A DNA stretch of 47,406 nt from Octopus bimaculoides (GCF_001194135.2 NC_069000.1:34041264-34088669); one strand, 5' to 3'; numbered from the stretch's first letter, positions 13,710-26,100 are shown. Numbers and translations are program-made. Notes: generated from the letters alone by a model not told the origin.

Positions 13710-15393
13710 GGGGTGTGTGGAGAGGTAACATATTAGTAGAGAGAGGGGAGCAATCAGAGCCAACTAGAGCAAGGAGAAAATGAAAAGAAGGACAACAGAT
13801 TAGAAATATCTTGTGATGGGGAGGTAATGACATAGAAACACTATAAAAGATGTTTGTGTGTGTACACACACACACACACACAAATAAACATGACCTCCTC
13901 ACCCCATACTGTTTTTCAAATCTGCTTGCCTTTCTGTTCTTATTGTCAGTCACCTCTCACTCCATTAAGACTTGTTGTCTCTCTCCCTCTTTCCCGTCCT
14001 CCTTTATTACATCAACCTAATTTATTTATCCTTGAGCACCATTTGACATTTCTTCTCTCACCAAAGAAGGATTCTGCTTAAAACACTGAACTTTTCTTCT
14101 TTGAGGCATAAGATTTATTCCACTGAACTATCCCATTAGTTTTTGTTAACTCAGAACATCCGTAGTTTCCACAGGGTCTACTGTTTTATCATACATTATA
14201 TGGATCTGTCAATCCCTTTGACACTCTTCCCACTCTTTGTCAATGATTTAGGTATTCCTAATCCAAACTTTTTAATGCCAAGGATACAATCATTCAAATC
14301 CCAGTCCATCATTGATATCAAATCTCACTTAACATGTATCGCTTTCATTAATGAGGATTCTCCTCTTTCATTTTACTCATGGAGATCAGACAAACCAGTA
14401 CACTCTAACAAACTTAAAATGAAAAACGTGTCTGCTTTCAATAAAAACTAACACAATACATCCGCTTCTCAAATGATCCCCTCCCTATACATTTTAAGAT
14501 CTACTATTCTCAATTCTATTATCATTTTCTATATTTGTACTTCAAGTACTCTCAGCAACTAAAATGGTAAACAAAAAGATACAAACTTTACTATTGTCTT
14601 CTAAATATAACATTCAGCTGGTGCTAATTTGAGATTTAAAATTTTTTTAACAGTTACCTCAAGATTAGCAATGAAATATTTTTATATATTTACACCAACA
14701 CCTAGTTTAACCATTAAATCTATTGTGGAAGTAAATATTTTTAAAATATGTTTTATAGCAAAACCAAAATAAAAAAAAATTAATAGCTCCCAAAACTATA
14801 ATCTTATTACAAGATTGTAGACACTTAGGTAATCAATGCTTATCCTGTGACTGAAAAACAAGCATATAATTTTAGCACACAATATCTTCATTTATTAATA
14901 ATATTTAGCACCAAAATACAACTTCAAACTTCCAAATTAAAAAGGTTGAAAGTAAAATATTTTAGGTACAAAATCTTTTTTTCTTTTTTTGGCGGGCACA
15001 AGAAGAGGAATTTGCATAAACACCAGTAACTTATAGGTACCCATTTTTGTACTTATAATGGACTGCAATGCATTTAAACCTGCAATTTCCTGTTAGAAGA
15101 TATACAGTGACTGTTATATCATTGCTGAAACCAAGAGGTCAAAAATTAAGAAAAAATTCTTATAAACCCATTAATGATATATTTTTAGGAATCTATTTTT
15201 ATATTTTACCATTTTTTGTTTCTTATATATATATATATATATATATATAAGTACTAAACTACATTCATTGACCTCAAAAAATTAACCTGATAACATTGAA
15301 AACAAAAAAAAAAAAACGACTAACATATCCAGATATAAGATCAGATAAAATAGTTTAATGACACGGAATGAAACTATAAAATACAATTTTTAC

Positions 15394-15521
15394 CTGAGCA
15401 AATTTGGGAGGAACTCCTTCCCAGAGAACTTCTCTAATAAATAGGCCTTCAGTCATTAATCCATTTAAGTTTGAAGTGCGCTTAAAAGCATTTTTTAAAC
15501 GCTTCATTTCAGCTTCGGTCA
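15394..15521 (-). CDS. USP32: USP32 coding exon (equivalent to human exon 2)
   Basis: cttacag|TGACCG...GCTCAG|gtaaaa, 128 bp, phase 1 to 0; (V)TEAEMKRLKNAFKRTSNLNGLMTEGLFIREVLWEGVPPKFAQ versus human VTDVELKRLKDAFKRT...FIREVLGDGVPPKVAE. Confidence 0.95.
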
Positions 15522-16714
15522 CTGTAAGAAAAGAAACAAAAATCTATATAACAAGAAGCAATGATGATTCTAATTTTATCACATAATCAACATATACTTA
15601 AAAGATTAAGATAAGTAATTAAATTATATAATCTACTCATTCTTTATTGAATGTATTAAGAAAATATCTTCCTTAAGAGTAAATTCCACTTTCAAGCTAT
15701 CTCAGGCAGTTCTCAACCATCTTAGGCAGTTCCAGCCATCACCATCAAATGGTGTACCTCTAAACTGGTCACTATTATTACTGCATTCTTCAAGATTTCT
15801 TGACTCCAGGTATTCAAAGTTATAACAATACATCACCAATAAGGTAACTTCTCAGACTTTGCCAACTGCAGATCTATCATTTCCTTCCAATATGAATTGA
15901 AATTTAGTGATTATACAATAGGGTTTCCATAGAGTGATATATTTTTTATGGTATAATAAAGATCCTGTCTTTAAAAAATTTTAGCAAAAGTTATTGTCCT
16001 TGATCAGTGAAATGCTTGACTAAACAACAAAACCCTAATTAACATGAGTTCAAGTAGCAAGGCTAATAAATTGATACTAAATCCCCAAAAGCTTGGAGTT
16101 TAAACTTGATTACAATGGTAACACTTCAAACACTGCATGGAAAATTGTTTGGCTGTATTCTCAAATTATTTCTTGATAAATATTGTGCTATTAGCAAGTC
16201 TTCCACCAAAATACAATATGTAATCTAACCTCTGGATAAAAGAAAGACTGATGAGAAAAGTCCTACTGATAAGAGGGAAGTATTGGCTCTAGACGATAAA
16301 TGGGAAGTTATTAAAATACATAATCATGGAGACTACAAAGAAAAATAGAATGATACATATGTATGAATGAAGAGACAGTATGAACAATTACATAAAAAAA
16401 ATAGATGACTATAAGTAAAAAGGTAAAGCTGTACTAGGTATGCAAACAAGCAATAGAATCAGTATAATCACCGAATTAGCACATTTTCTGTTTGCAATTA
16501 AAAAATAAATGGCAGAAAATGAGATTTTTGACAAGAACTGAAGAAACTTTTACTGCTAATTACAGTTTTTTTTTGTTTTTTTTTTTTTAAGATTCCAATT
16601 CTGGAAAAGAAAACAAAATTCCTTTTGTTCATGAAAGGAAATACTGATGGTAACTAACTGTTGTGTTAACTAATATTTCCATTGGCTTTTAATATTCCTT
16701 TTTACTATAAGGAC

Positions 16715-16866
16715 AAACCCTGCTCAACTGGTACTTCTTTTATCAACCCCGGAAAGATGAAAGGCAAAGTCGACCTTGGTGTGATTTGAACTCAGAATGT
16801 AATGATGGACAAAATGCCACCAAACATTTTGCCAGTGTGCTAGTGATTTTGCCAGCTCACCACCTT
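16715..16866 (-). mobile_element. tRNA-derived SINE with Nin-like central domain (degenerate)
   Basis: Reverse complement aaggtggtgagctggcaaaatc...ctgagttcaaatc...gtcgactttgcctttcatc..ccggggttgataaaagaagtaccagttgagc: tRNA-like head followed by a Nin-domain-like segment. Confidence 0.7.
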
Positions 16867-17197
16867 ATTGACTTAATACTGGTACTAAATAATTGATACA
16901 CATTGATATCCTATGCACTCTGTATTTCTACTATGAATATCTGCTTGTATTGCTTAAATACTATAAACTACAGTCAATACTCTCATGTAGATTCACTGAT
17001 TTGGGATAGCTTTGACTGAATAGACACACATTGAGGTCATAACACATCAATGTTTCAAAGTCCCCTTATGCCAATGAATCACGTGTTATGAACACACATT
17101 CTCTAAAGGGAGATGTTCTACAAAGATGAAATATAACAACGATGAGCATGTTCATGCTTGAATCTGCCAGAATATATTAAGAATGAACAGATCTGTT

Positions 17198-17767
17198 ATT
17201 AGAAAATTACTATTTTTAAATCTCACAATGTGAGATATTCAGCAACAGTACTTTGTTATAAAGATTGTTTGCCAGCATAACATGGCAGTCCTAGTTTAGG
17301 ACGAATGTCGCTGTAATTTAGCCCCAGGAGGCTATACGACACGATCTGCATCCTTATATTTTCGAACAAGGGAATCTAGCACCCCCACTCAGCTCAAAAC
17401 AATATCCATGTATCACGATTTCCAGGTTATTTCCTTTCATCAGCACAGAATAATTGTTTGGCTAGAGGTGGCACTGCCAAATTCCCGTTCGAAATATATT
17501 GTTTTCAAAGTGAGATCTAGCCACTGATCTATATATTAGAAAATTACTATTTTTAAATCTCACAATATGAGATATTCAGCAACAGTACTTTGTAGTAAAG
17601 ATTGTTTGCCAACATAACATGGCAGTCCTGGTTTAGGATGAATGTTGCTGTAAGGACACAGATCATGTCGTATAGCCAGCTGGAGATGATGAGTCCTGGG
17701 GCTAAATTACAGCAACATTCATCCTAAACCAGGACTGCCATGTTATGTTGGCAGCTAATCTTTACTA
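17198..17767. repeat. Composite rearranged repeat: 119-bp direct repeat plus 60-bp inverted repeat
   Basis: 17198-17316 is repeated at 17535-17653; 17594-17653 is inverted at 17707-17766; 17317-17356 is a deleted reverse complement of the loop 17651-17706. Confidence 0.85.
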
Positions 17768-17949
17768 GATCCGTTATTGTACCAAATTATTGTTTTTATT
17801 GAAAGTCTTGGGGTCTATTTTTAATAGTAACAAAAATCTGCACATTATAAACTCAGACCATGATATTGCTATACTAATGATGTTATGATTTTACATGCCT
17901 TTTGTATGTTTGTGTGCAGCTAAGTCTATTTAAGATAACTACCAGTTTG

Positions 17950-18700
17950 ATGTACGGGGCAGTTATATGGTGTATAATTTGGATAACATTGGTGAATCAA
18001 AATATTCTGCTATAACAGATGTTTAAAGAACTGAACACTGTGGACCTATATTATCACCATAAAGATCATACATAATACAGCAAAAAAACCTATGTGTATC
18101 ACACAGAACCTCAAGGCTCTTAAAGGATATAACCAACAATCTCTATTGATATGTTGGTGTTACCATAAACTATGAGTCATCTCATTTTGAATATTAGCTT
18201 TTGACCTATTTTGCAGGAAGAACAGTCTTACTTTTAAAGAGTTATTTATTTCAGAGAATGTCCCTGGTCGTGGTATTGCACTTAGTGACTTGTGTGAAAA
18301 AAATGAATGCCATATTTTACCCAACAAATATGATATCTCTTTTATAGTCAAGAAGTATTTTTTACTTTTAGTTACAATGAGAGAAAATGCAATTTCAATG
18401 GTAGAGTTTTGAAAACAATTCACTTAAAAGATGTAAGTGAAAATATTCATGAATTATAGGAAAATGTGACAAGTAACATGAGAACTGTTTCAAAACATAT
18501 TTTGCCATATTGTGCTAATGATACAAAGACATTCCCCATCAAAATGAAATTGAGAAATAACTAACATTGGAGGAAAGTTTGTTTCAATGAAAGATGATAC
18601 AAATGTTTAGGATTGATTGAAACATTTTTGGAAAGGATTAGTAGATCATGAAGTGACTTAGCCTAACAGTGTCCATACAAAGAAACAGACTATGAAGAAG
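17950..18700 (+). mobile_element. pogo/Tigger-like DDE transposase remnant
   Basis: Degenerate translation gives P..YH...P(R)ALKG at about 18090-18128 and TFKE.FI.ENVPG.GIALSDLCEK..C.ILP at about 18230-18325, resembling pogo KILL.LDNAPGHP...L.PN; boundaries approximate. Confidence 0.6.
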
Positions 18701-19419
18701 TTGATGAAATTAATCAACAAATGAAGAAAATGGCAAAATGAATGTGATGATGTTTCACAAATTTCACAAAAGTTGAAGCAGTTTATAATATATGCTAATG
18801 GAAATAAAAATCTTTTATTGATAAAAATCAAGGTTTCAGCCATATGACAGCTTAAATCTTAAAACAATGTCAATTTTTGGAATAAATAAATAATCTCTAA
18901 TAGCATTTGTGACCAGTTATTTTATGCAAATATTTGTGCACAAAATAATTTTTTGAAAATGCTCTTCATGAACCATTAAAAATGTGTCAGCTACTTATAG
19001 GTAGATACAGTGAATACAGTTAAAAGAAAAAAGCAAAACAAATAATGCGTTCCCTATTATTTTCAGCATTCATTTGCAGCTCTTCATAAACCTATGGGTT
19101 TATATGCATTTATATAAGTGATTGCCTGTTATAAAAAAAAAAAAAGTACAATCAAAAGAAGTAGGAAAAGAGGTGGAAGTAAAAAAACAAAATGGTCTAT
19201 TACATGATTTAAATATGTGCATCAAAACTATGGAACAAATCTTTAATTGAATATTCCATTGTGCATAATAGTATTTTGGTAATAAAATTTCAATAAAAGT
19301 GGTTGCTGGCAAAGTTTTAAGAATCTGGTGTACTCAGTAGTTACACAAGTGTTAGAAAGGTAAGAGGTAATAATCACCAACCATGAGATTTTAAACTAGA
19401 ATAATATCTAGTTCATATC

Positions 19420-19760
19420 TTTTATTTGTTTCAGTCATTGGATTGTAGCCAGGCTGGGGCACTGCATTGAAAGGTTTAGTCAAACAAATCAACCCCATTA
19501 CTTATTTTTATGCTTGATATTTATATATCAGTCTCTTTTTGAAGAACCACAAAGTTACAGGGATGGAAACACACCAGTAACAGTTGTCAAGTGATGGAAG
19601 GACATACACACACATATAAGGCTTCACATAGTTTCCATCTACACACAAGGCATTCGTTGGCCCAGGGCTGTAGTAAAAGACACTAGCTCAAGATGCCAAA
19701 TAGTGGGACTGAACCCAAAACCATGTGGCCACAAAGTAAACTTCTTAAACACACTGCTAT
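19420..19760 (-). mobile_element. Degenerate bipartite SINE
   Basis: Same order of blocks as 9763-10167, with deletions. Confidence 0.8.
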
Positions 19761-19777
19761 GTCTGTATACGTTTAAG

Positions 19778-19819
<42 letters not shown>

Positions 19820-19829
19820 TCAGTAAATA

Positions 19830-20647
19830 GTGGGGTTGTGTTAACCGCACGTGGAGAAATAATAGGAAAATGAAAAATAATAATAAGGCAGAATGCTAAT
19901 TGGAAGCATATTTTAATAAAGATTTCTAACCAGATTTCATTGCATGGCAAATTATCAAGAAGAGGGAGAATGAAAATGTTTTTTACAAAGAAGTAAAAAA
20001 TGAAAAAAATAATATATAAAAAAATAAATATACCAATACATTATATTGTCTTTGAGCTTTTAAAGTTCAATGGTAATTCATGTAGATAATGGTTGGAAAA
20101 ATATGGATGCATGAAAATTGTGAGTTGTGTTAGGTTTAAAAAAAGAGAAAAGTGGCTAAAAGTTTGTGTTAAGCAGGAAGCGTGGTGTCAAAATAGGAAG
20201 TGTGGTGTCAAAACAGGAAGTGTGTGTAAGGGGAGACAAATCTTTTTAGTTGGAGTTATAAACTCTTTTTCAACAGGAAGTTTATGTCTGTTCCTAGAGA
20301 AATAAGGTCACTGAGGGGTGTGTGTTAAGAAATGGTTGGAATTTCTCTATGAAAAGATTCTCCTTGTTGATTCTTTCTTGTGTGGAGATTCTGTCTTTAC
20401 ATTGATAGAAAGGGAATATAAGGAATTTAGGGTTTTTGTTTCTGGCATAAGAGTCTATGTGGCCACTTTAAAACAAAGTTTAAAATCAAAACCAATTTCT
20501 CTTGTTCCTCTGGGAACCTCATTTATGTCCTCACATGCGCAGGTTGCCAAAACTTCTATATCAGACAGACAAGCCTCCCATTGCATAGAAGAGTAGCAGT
20601 CCATAAAGAACAAATAAATCTCCCTCAATACCGCCAAATTCCACTCA
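19830..20647 (-). mobile_element. Penelope-like element 3' end: GIY-YIG endonuclease fragment with inverted 5' part, plus 3' UTR
   Basis: Plus 20470-20646 encodes KTKFKIKTNFSCSSGNLIYVLTCAGCQNFYIRQTSLPLHRRVAVHKEQINLPQYRQIPL; minus 20467-20294 encodes SGHIDSYARNKNPKFLIFPFYQCKDRISTQERINKENLFIEKFQPFLNTHPSVTLFL*. Together they give IY...YI(G>R), catalytic R, E and LN of a GIY-YIG domain. Left boundary approximate. Confidence 0.85.
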
Positions 20648-20803
20648 TAAAAAGCACCCACTACACTTTGGCGTTAGGAAGGGCATCCAGCTGTAGAAAA
20701 CACTGTCAGATCAGATTGGAGCCTGGTGTAGCCTCCTGGCTTCCCAGACCTCCAGTTGAACTGTCCAACCCATTCCAGCATGGAAAATGGACATTAAACG
20801 ATG

Positions 20804-20806
<3 letters not shown>
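20648..20806 (+). mobile_element. Retroposon 3' end, (GAT)n-tailed family
   Basis: gcgttaggaagggcatccagctgtagaaaa...gcatggaaaatggacattaaacgatgat. Confidence 0.8.
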
Positions 20807-20837
<31 letters not shown>

Positions 20838-21140
20838 GTATATCATCATCATCATTGTTTAACGTCCGCTTTCCATGCTAGCATGGGTTGGACGATTTGA
20901 CTGAGGACTGGTGCAACCGGATGGCTACACCAGGCTCCAATCTAATTTGGCAGAGTTTCTACAGCTGGATGCCCTTCCTAACGCCAACCACTCAGAGAGT
21001 GTAGTGGGTGCTTTTACGTGTCACCCGCACGAAAATGACCACGCTCGAAATGGTGTCTTTTATGTGCCACCCGCACAAGAGCCAGTACAGGGGCACTGGC
21101 AACGATCTCACTTGGCTTGCTGGGTCTTGGCACACATATG
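20838..21140 (-). mobile_element. Retroposon 3' part, (GAT)n-tailed family, inverted relative to 20648-20806
   Basis: atcatcatc...tttaacgtccgctttccatgctagcatgggttggacg...ctacagctggatgcccttcctaacgcc...gtagtgggtgctttta is the reverse complement of the preceding copy. Confidence 0.85.
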
Positions 21141-21184
21141 TATATGTACATATATGTGTATCTATGCATGTATGTATATTTGTG

Positions 21185-21263
<79 letters not shown>

Positions 21264-21949
21264 ATATATATATACATATATATATACATATAGTGCGACA
21301 CAGCAGCAAAAACAGGTGTCTTGCTATAACGGAGAGGGCACTAAAGGAAGTGATCCAGTATCAGATGATGAAAGATTAGAATGTGACAGAGAAATAGAGA
21401 GGCAGAAATAGGTGTGCAGCTATAGAGGAGACATGGCTACCCAACCAGAGGGAAGAACAAGGGAAAGAGAGAGAGTGTAGGAAACAGGAAAAGTGTAAGA
21501 GCAAGAGAGAGATGGTGAAGTGCCAGGGTATACTCACAAGTAACAAGGATCAGAGCATAGATGTGATGGTAGAATAAAGAAGAGAGAGGTACAAGGTCAT
21601 AATATATGCAATTGGCTAGAAGGCACAAGTAGGGAGTGGGGATTGCAGTGACTGATGAAAACCTGGGGTAGAAAAATGGGGTGGGGGAAAGCAGCAGTAC
21701 AGTGAGCAGGGCAGTAAGGGCAGGAAAGAGGACTGGATGACTATCATAGTTTATGAAGAGGAAATTTGAGGAAGAGAAAGATGCTGTTTAGAAAAGATGT
21801 AGTTTGGTTTCTTGGTACATGTGGGTAGGTCACAACTCTTCTAGCACTCAGTTTTGCTGATGTAGATGGGTCTTCTCTAGAACCTCATATCGCCAAACAT
21901 TTCAGTCCATTGTCATATATATATATATATATATACATACACACACATA

Positions 21950-22160
21950 TATTTGTGTGTTTATCTTTGTATTTGTATTTGTCCCCAACCACCATTTGAC
22001 AACTGGTGTTGCTGCGTTTACATCCCCATAGCTTGTAAAACAGACTGAAAGAATGAGTACTAGGCTTTAAATGATGAGTACTGGGGTTGATTCATTCAAC
22101 TAAAACTTTTTCAACGTGGTGCCCCAGCATGGCTGCAGTCTAATGACTGAAAGAAATAAA
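21950..22160 (+). mobile_element. SINE 3' part (degenerate)
   Basis: gtccccaaccaccatttgacaactggtgtt...gagtactggggttgattc...ccagcatggctgcagtc..atgactgaaa. Confidence 0.75.
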
Positions 22161-22189
22161 ATATTAAAAAAGATTCAATGCTTCCAAAG

Positions 22190-22664
22190 TTTGACATTAA
22201 TTGTCTTCTCATGATCTTCATGCACAAGCTGATGAATTTTCTCCACATTTCCAAGGGTGACTCTTATTCAGGCCTTCCAAATTGCTCATCATTTACCTGG
22301 GACGTTCTGCTTTTGAAGTGCCTGTGTCACTTAAAACATTGTGTATGATCCATTGCCTTATTGCAGTAAGCTTATTGAAACATGCTCAATGTCTCTACTG
22401 CAGACTTCTGAAGTTTAGCCCAAAATTTTATGTTGGCTCTTTGTTCCAACTTCCTGTACATGACAAAATTGCAGACTATAGTATACATGTGATCACAAAA
22501 AAAACAAAATAAATTTCACAACTTCTGAAGTAAACACAATGATGTCACTCAGCACACTGCCTCATGAAGGTCACTGCTAGCTCTCACTGTGCACACAACC
22601 ATGTACTGCCATCTGTTGGCACACTACAAAACTAGTCCAAGAACTTTTTGATACCATCTTTGTA
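22190..22664 (-). mobile_element. Mariner transposon 5' remnant
   Basis: Minus strand begins tacaaagatggtatcaaaaagttcttggactag (mariner-like TIR after TA) and encodes degenerate EQRANIKFWAKLQKSAVETL...TQCFK.H.HFK...NVEKIHQLVHED, the transposase HTH region. Confidence 0.8.
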
Positions 22665-22915
22665 TAGTTAGATAGATGGATCTTTTTTAAAACGGGGGCC
22701 ACATTTTTCATTAACGAAACACTTTGAAACTTGGATCACTGGTAGAATGTGTCATATAAAACATCTTTTTCTCTTAGTCTTCTTAAAAAAAAAAGAAATC
22801 CATAAATTATTCCATGTTAAAGTTGTCGTATTTCTGTAATTTCAACCAATCACTGACGTCCATTCAGCCGATATACATTAAGTGCCGACTACATAAACAA
22901 ACGATTCTGAAACAA

Positions 22916-22991
22916 TTAACCCTAACCCTAACCCTAACTCTAACCCTAACCCTAACCCTAGGGTTAGAGTTAGGGTTAGGGTTAGGGTTAA
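22916..22991. repeat. Inverted telomere-type repeat (CCCTAA)n-(TTAGGG)n at the edge of a gap
   Basis: ttaa(ccctaa)3 ctctaa (ccctaa)2 ccctag ggttag agttag (ggttag)2 ggttaa; the right half mirrors the first five units including the variant repeat. Confidence 0.95.
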
Positions 22992-23595
22992 NNNNNNNNN
23001 NNNNNNNNNNNNNNNNNNNNNNNNNNNNNNNNNNNNNNNNNNNNNNNNNNNNNNNNNNNNNNNNNNNNNNNNNNNNNNNNNNNNNNNNNNNNNNNNNNNN
23101 NNNNNNNNNNNNNNNNNNNNNNNNNNNNNNNNNNNNNNNNNNNNNNNNNNNNNNNNNNNNNNNNNNNNNNNNNNNNNNNNNNNNNNNNNNNNNNNNNNNN
23201 NNNNNNNNNNNNNNNNNNNNNNNNNNNNNNNNNNNNNNNNNNNNNNNNNNNNNNNNNNNNNNNNNNNNNNNNNNNNNNNNNNNNNNNNNNNNNNNNNNNN
23301 NNNNNNNNNNNNNNNNNNNNNNNNNNNNNNNNNNNNNNNNNNNNNNNNNNNNNNNNNNNNNNNNNNNNNNNNNNNNNNNNNNNNNNNNNNNNNNNNNNNN
23401 NNNNNNNNNNNNNNNNNNNNNNNNNNNNNNNNNNNNNNNNNNNNNNNNNNNNNNNNNNNNNNNNNNNNNNNNNNNNNNNNNNNNNNNNNNNNNNNNNNNN
23501 NNNNNNNNNNNNNNNNNNNNNNNNNNNNNNNNNNNNNNNNNNNNNNNNNNNNNNNNNNNNNNNNNNNNNNNNNNNNNNNNNNNNNNNNNNNNNNN

Positions 23596-23759
23596 GGTGT
23601 GTTTATGTCCCCGTCACTTAGCGGTTCGGCAAAAGAGACTGATAGAATAAGTACTGGGCTTACAAAGAATAAGTCCTGGGGTCGATTTGCTTGACTAAAG
23701 GCGGTACTCCAGCATGGCCACAGTCAAACGACTGAGACAAGTAAAAGAGTAAAAGAGTA
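23596..23759 (+). mobile_element. SINE 3' part, little diverged
   Basis: Reverse complement of 9763-9920. Confidence 0.9.
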
Positions 23760-25310
23760 TATGTGAGCTGCTAATGTATGAACTTGAGATATAATAGAGA
23801 TGTTATTTGCATTCATGCGTTTCCTAGAGTTTTATCATCACATATATGTTGATAAGGAGATATTTTAATTGCTTTACAGCTTCAAGGTCGAATTTATTCT
23901 TCATACTCATAATTTTCCTAATTTACATAGTTCAAATAATGTTATTTGGGCTGCAGAGATTGTAATTTTATTGAAGGATGTTTGACAAGTAACATGCAAA
24001 AAGTAACAACTAAAATAACCATACAATGAAACAACAAATGATATTTTCTTTATTTTATGAATATTTATTTGATTACATTTCTTTCTCAAGAGCATCTACT
24101 CCTAATTTCTGTATTCTGATAATGTGAGGATTAAGGTCTCATTAGCTAATTTGCTTGTTTCTTCTATTTATCTGTTTAATAGAAGTGATATCTTCTTTCA
24201 GTATCACTATCATTTATAGTACACAATACTATGTTATAACTTCACTCTAGCTTATATTTAAGGCTAGCTTTCAGTTCTCAATGCCTGTTACTATTTCCAT
24301 AATAGCTTGTATTGCTTTCTAATATTTCAGTTGTGTACTATGTTTCTATTGTGTCCTCCTAATTTTTAACCTGCAAGCTTATATTCACTGCACTCAGCAG
24401 TAGCTGCAAAATAAAACTAATACGTAACTAATAAAACAACCACTGATATTTGTAGTGCAATAAGTACTCTATCACTGGTTGACATTAGGAAATGTATGAA
24501 ACTGGAAAAGAAAGGATGTCAACCTAAATATCCAATCAATACATGCCAGCAAAAGAAAATTAATATTAAGCATGCATAATTTTTGTGTTTTTGATTTCAG
24601 GATGAATAAAAACATTAATTGGTAATAATAAAACCTTGCATATAGCTGAGAAATCATATTTAATAGAATATAAATCAAAACATTGTCTATTCTTTTGCAT
24701 ATTGGGAATATTATTTTTAAAATTTACACTATCATTATTTGTGTGTGTGTGTGTGTGTCATCCACACACTCTCATTCCCTCCCATGACCCACTGTCTGTA
24801 TCCTCTCTTATGCTCACTTTCTTGTTCCTTGACAGTTTGCTCTAGCAATCCATTATGACCTTATCTCCTTCAGCCATGTAGCTCTTCTGTAGCAAGAAAG
24901 ATGGACATGTCCCTCTATTATACTTTAGCCTTTCAACACCTGACATAAGGCCACCCTCCCCCACCTTCCTCTCCCAAATATTTCTTTTTAGTAGTGTGAG
25001 CTGTTTCCTTTTCCTCTGTTCTTTTATGCCGTGCAAGTTCCTTGACAACCTATGAGTACCAATGCAGCATGGGTTATGATTAAATAAATATAGAGTGATA
25101 TCAACATGTGTTTAATATTGCTGTGAAATAAGGCTCTGTGAGGGCTTGTTTAGCCTATCAGATGTAGATCAAACCAGCCAACTTTTACTGTTCTTATACT
25201 TTAAATAACAAATAGTGAAGTGCTAAAATAATTTCCTCCCTTTTTTTTTTTTGTAAAAAATATTTTTATATTCTTAGACTTTCAAGCTTGCACATATATA
25301 TATATATATA

Positions 25311-25716
25311 GAAAAATGTAAAATAATAATAAGGCAGAATGCTAAACTGGAAGCATATTTTAATAAAGATTTCTAACTGGCTTTCATTGCATGGCAAATT
25401 ATCAAGAAGAGAGAGAATGAAAATGTTTTTTACAAAGAAGTAAAAAATGTAAAAAAATAATATATAAAAAAATAAACATACCAATACATTATATTGTCTT
25501 TGAGCTTTTAAAGTTCAATGGTAATTCATGTAGATAATGGTTGGAAAAATAAGGATGCATGAAAATTGAGAGTTGTGTTAGGTTTAAAAAAAGAGAAAAG
25601 GGGCTAAAAGTTTTTGTTAAGCAGGAAGTGTGATGTCAAAACAGGAAGTGTGTGTAAGGGGAGACAAATCTTTTTAGTTGGAGTTATGAACTCTTTTTCA
25701 ACAGGAAGTTTATGTC
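25311..25716 (-). mobile_element. Second, more truncated copy of the Penelope-like 3' UTR
   Basis: Highly similar to 19868-20288 apart from a short repeat deletion and point changes; stops just short of the ORF stop codon. Confidence 0.85.
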
Positions 25717-26100
25717 CTTTATAAGAACAATAATAATGTTGAAATGAAGAATGAATCTATAGTGCATGTGTTGTGTTTATTTGGCATAAAAAAAAAACAA
25801 GATCATCCCGAAATATAACAATGTCTGTTTCAATACATGAACGTCTGTTTTAATACACGAATATATATATATATATACGCCACACTAATAACAATTGCAT
25901 ATTTTTGGGTTGTGTGTTGTGTTTTTCTTTCGTTAGCTATTTACTCTATTAGCTTAATTTTGTTTTATTTCTTTCTAAATATTTAATTAACAGAAATCCC
26001 CACCATGTGTCTAATTTGTTCTTTTTCTTTTTCAGTTATAAGCACATTGTCCTATTTTCAAAACTTAAATTTTATTTACACATTCATTCCTTTGTCTTAC

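Noticed and set aside
13870-14500. Pyrimidine-rich stretch resembling an old LINE fragment (similarly 5330-5850, 21340-21900, 24690-25060)
   Set aside because: No diagnostic motif could be read; cannot be classified without a repeat library.
20911-21411. ORFs rich in YIYIYI, LSLSLS or CVCV (also 10262, 13627, 19639, 26617, 26871, 28204)
   Set aside because: Translations of (TA)n, (AG)n and (TG)n microsatellites and SINE sequence.
22916-22991. Ancient telomere-telomere fusion site
   Set aside because: The orientation is CCCTAA then TTAGGG, opposite to a fusion, and the tract is under 80 bp.
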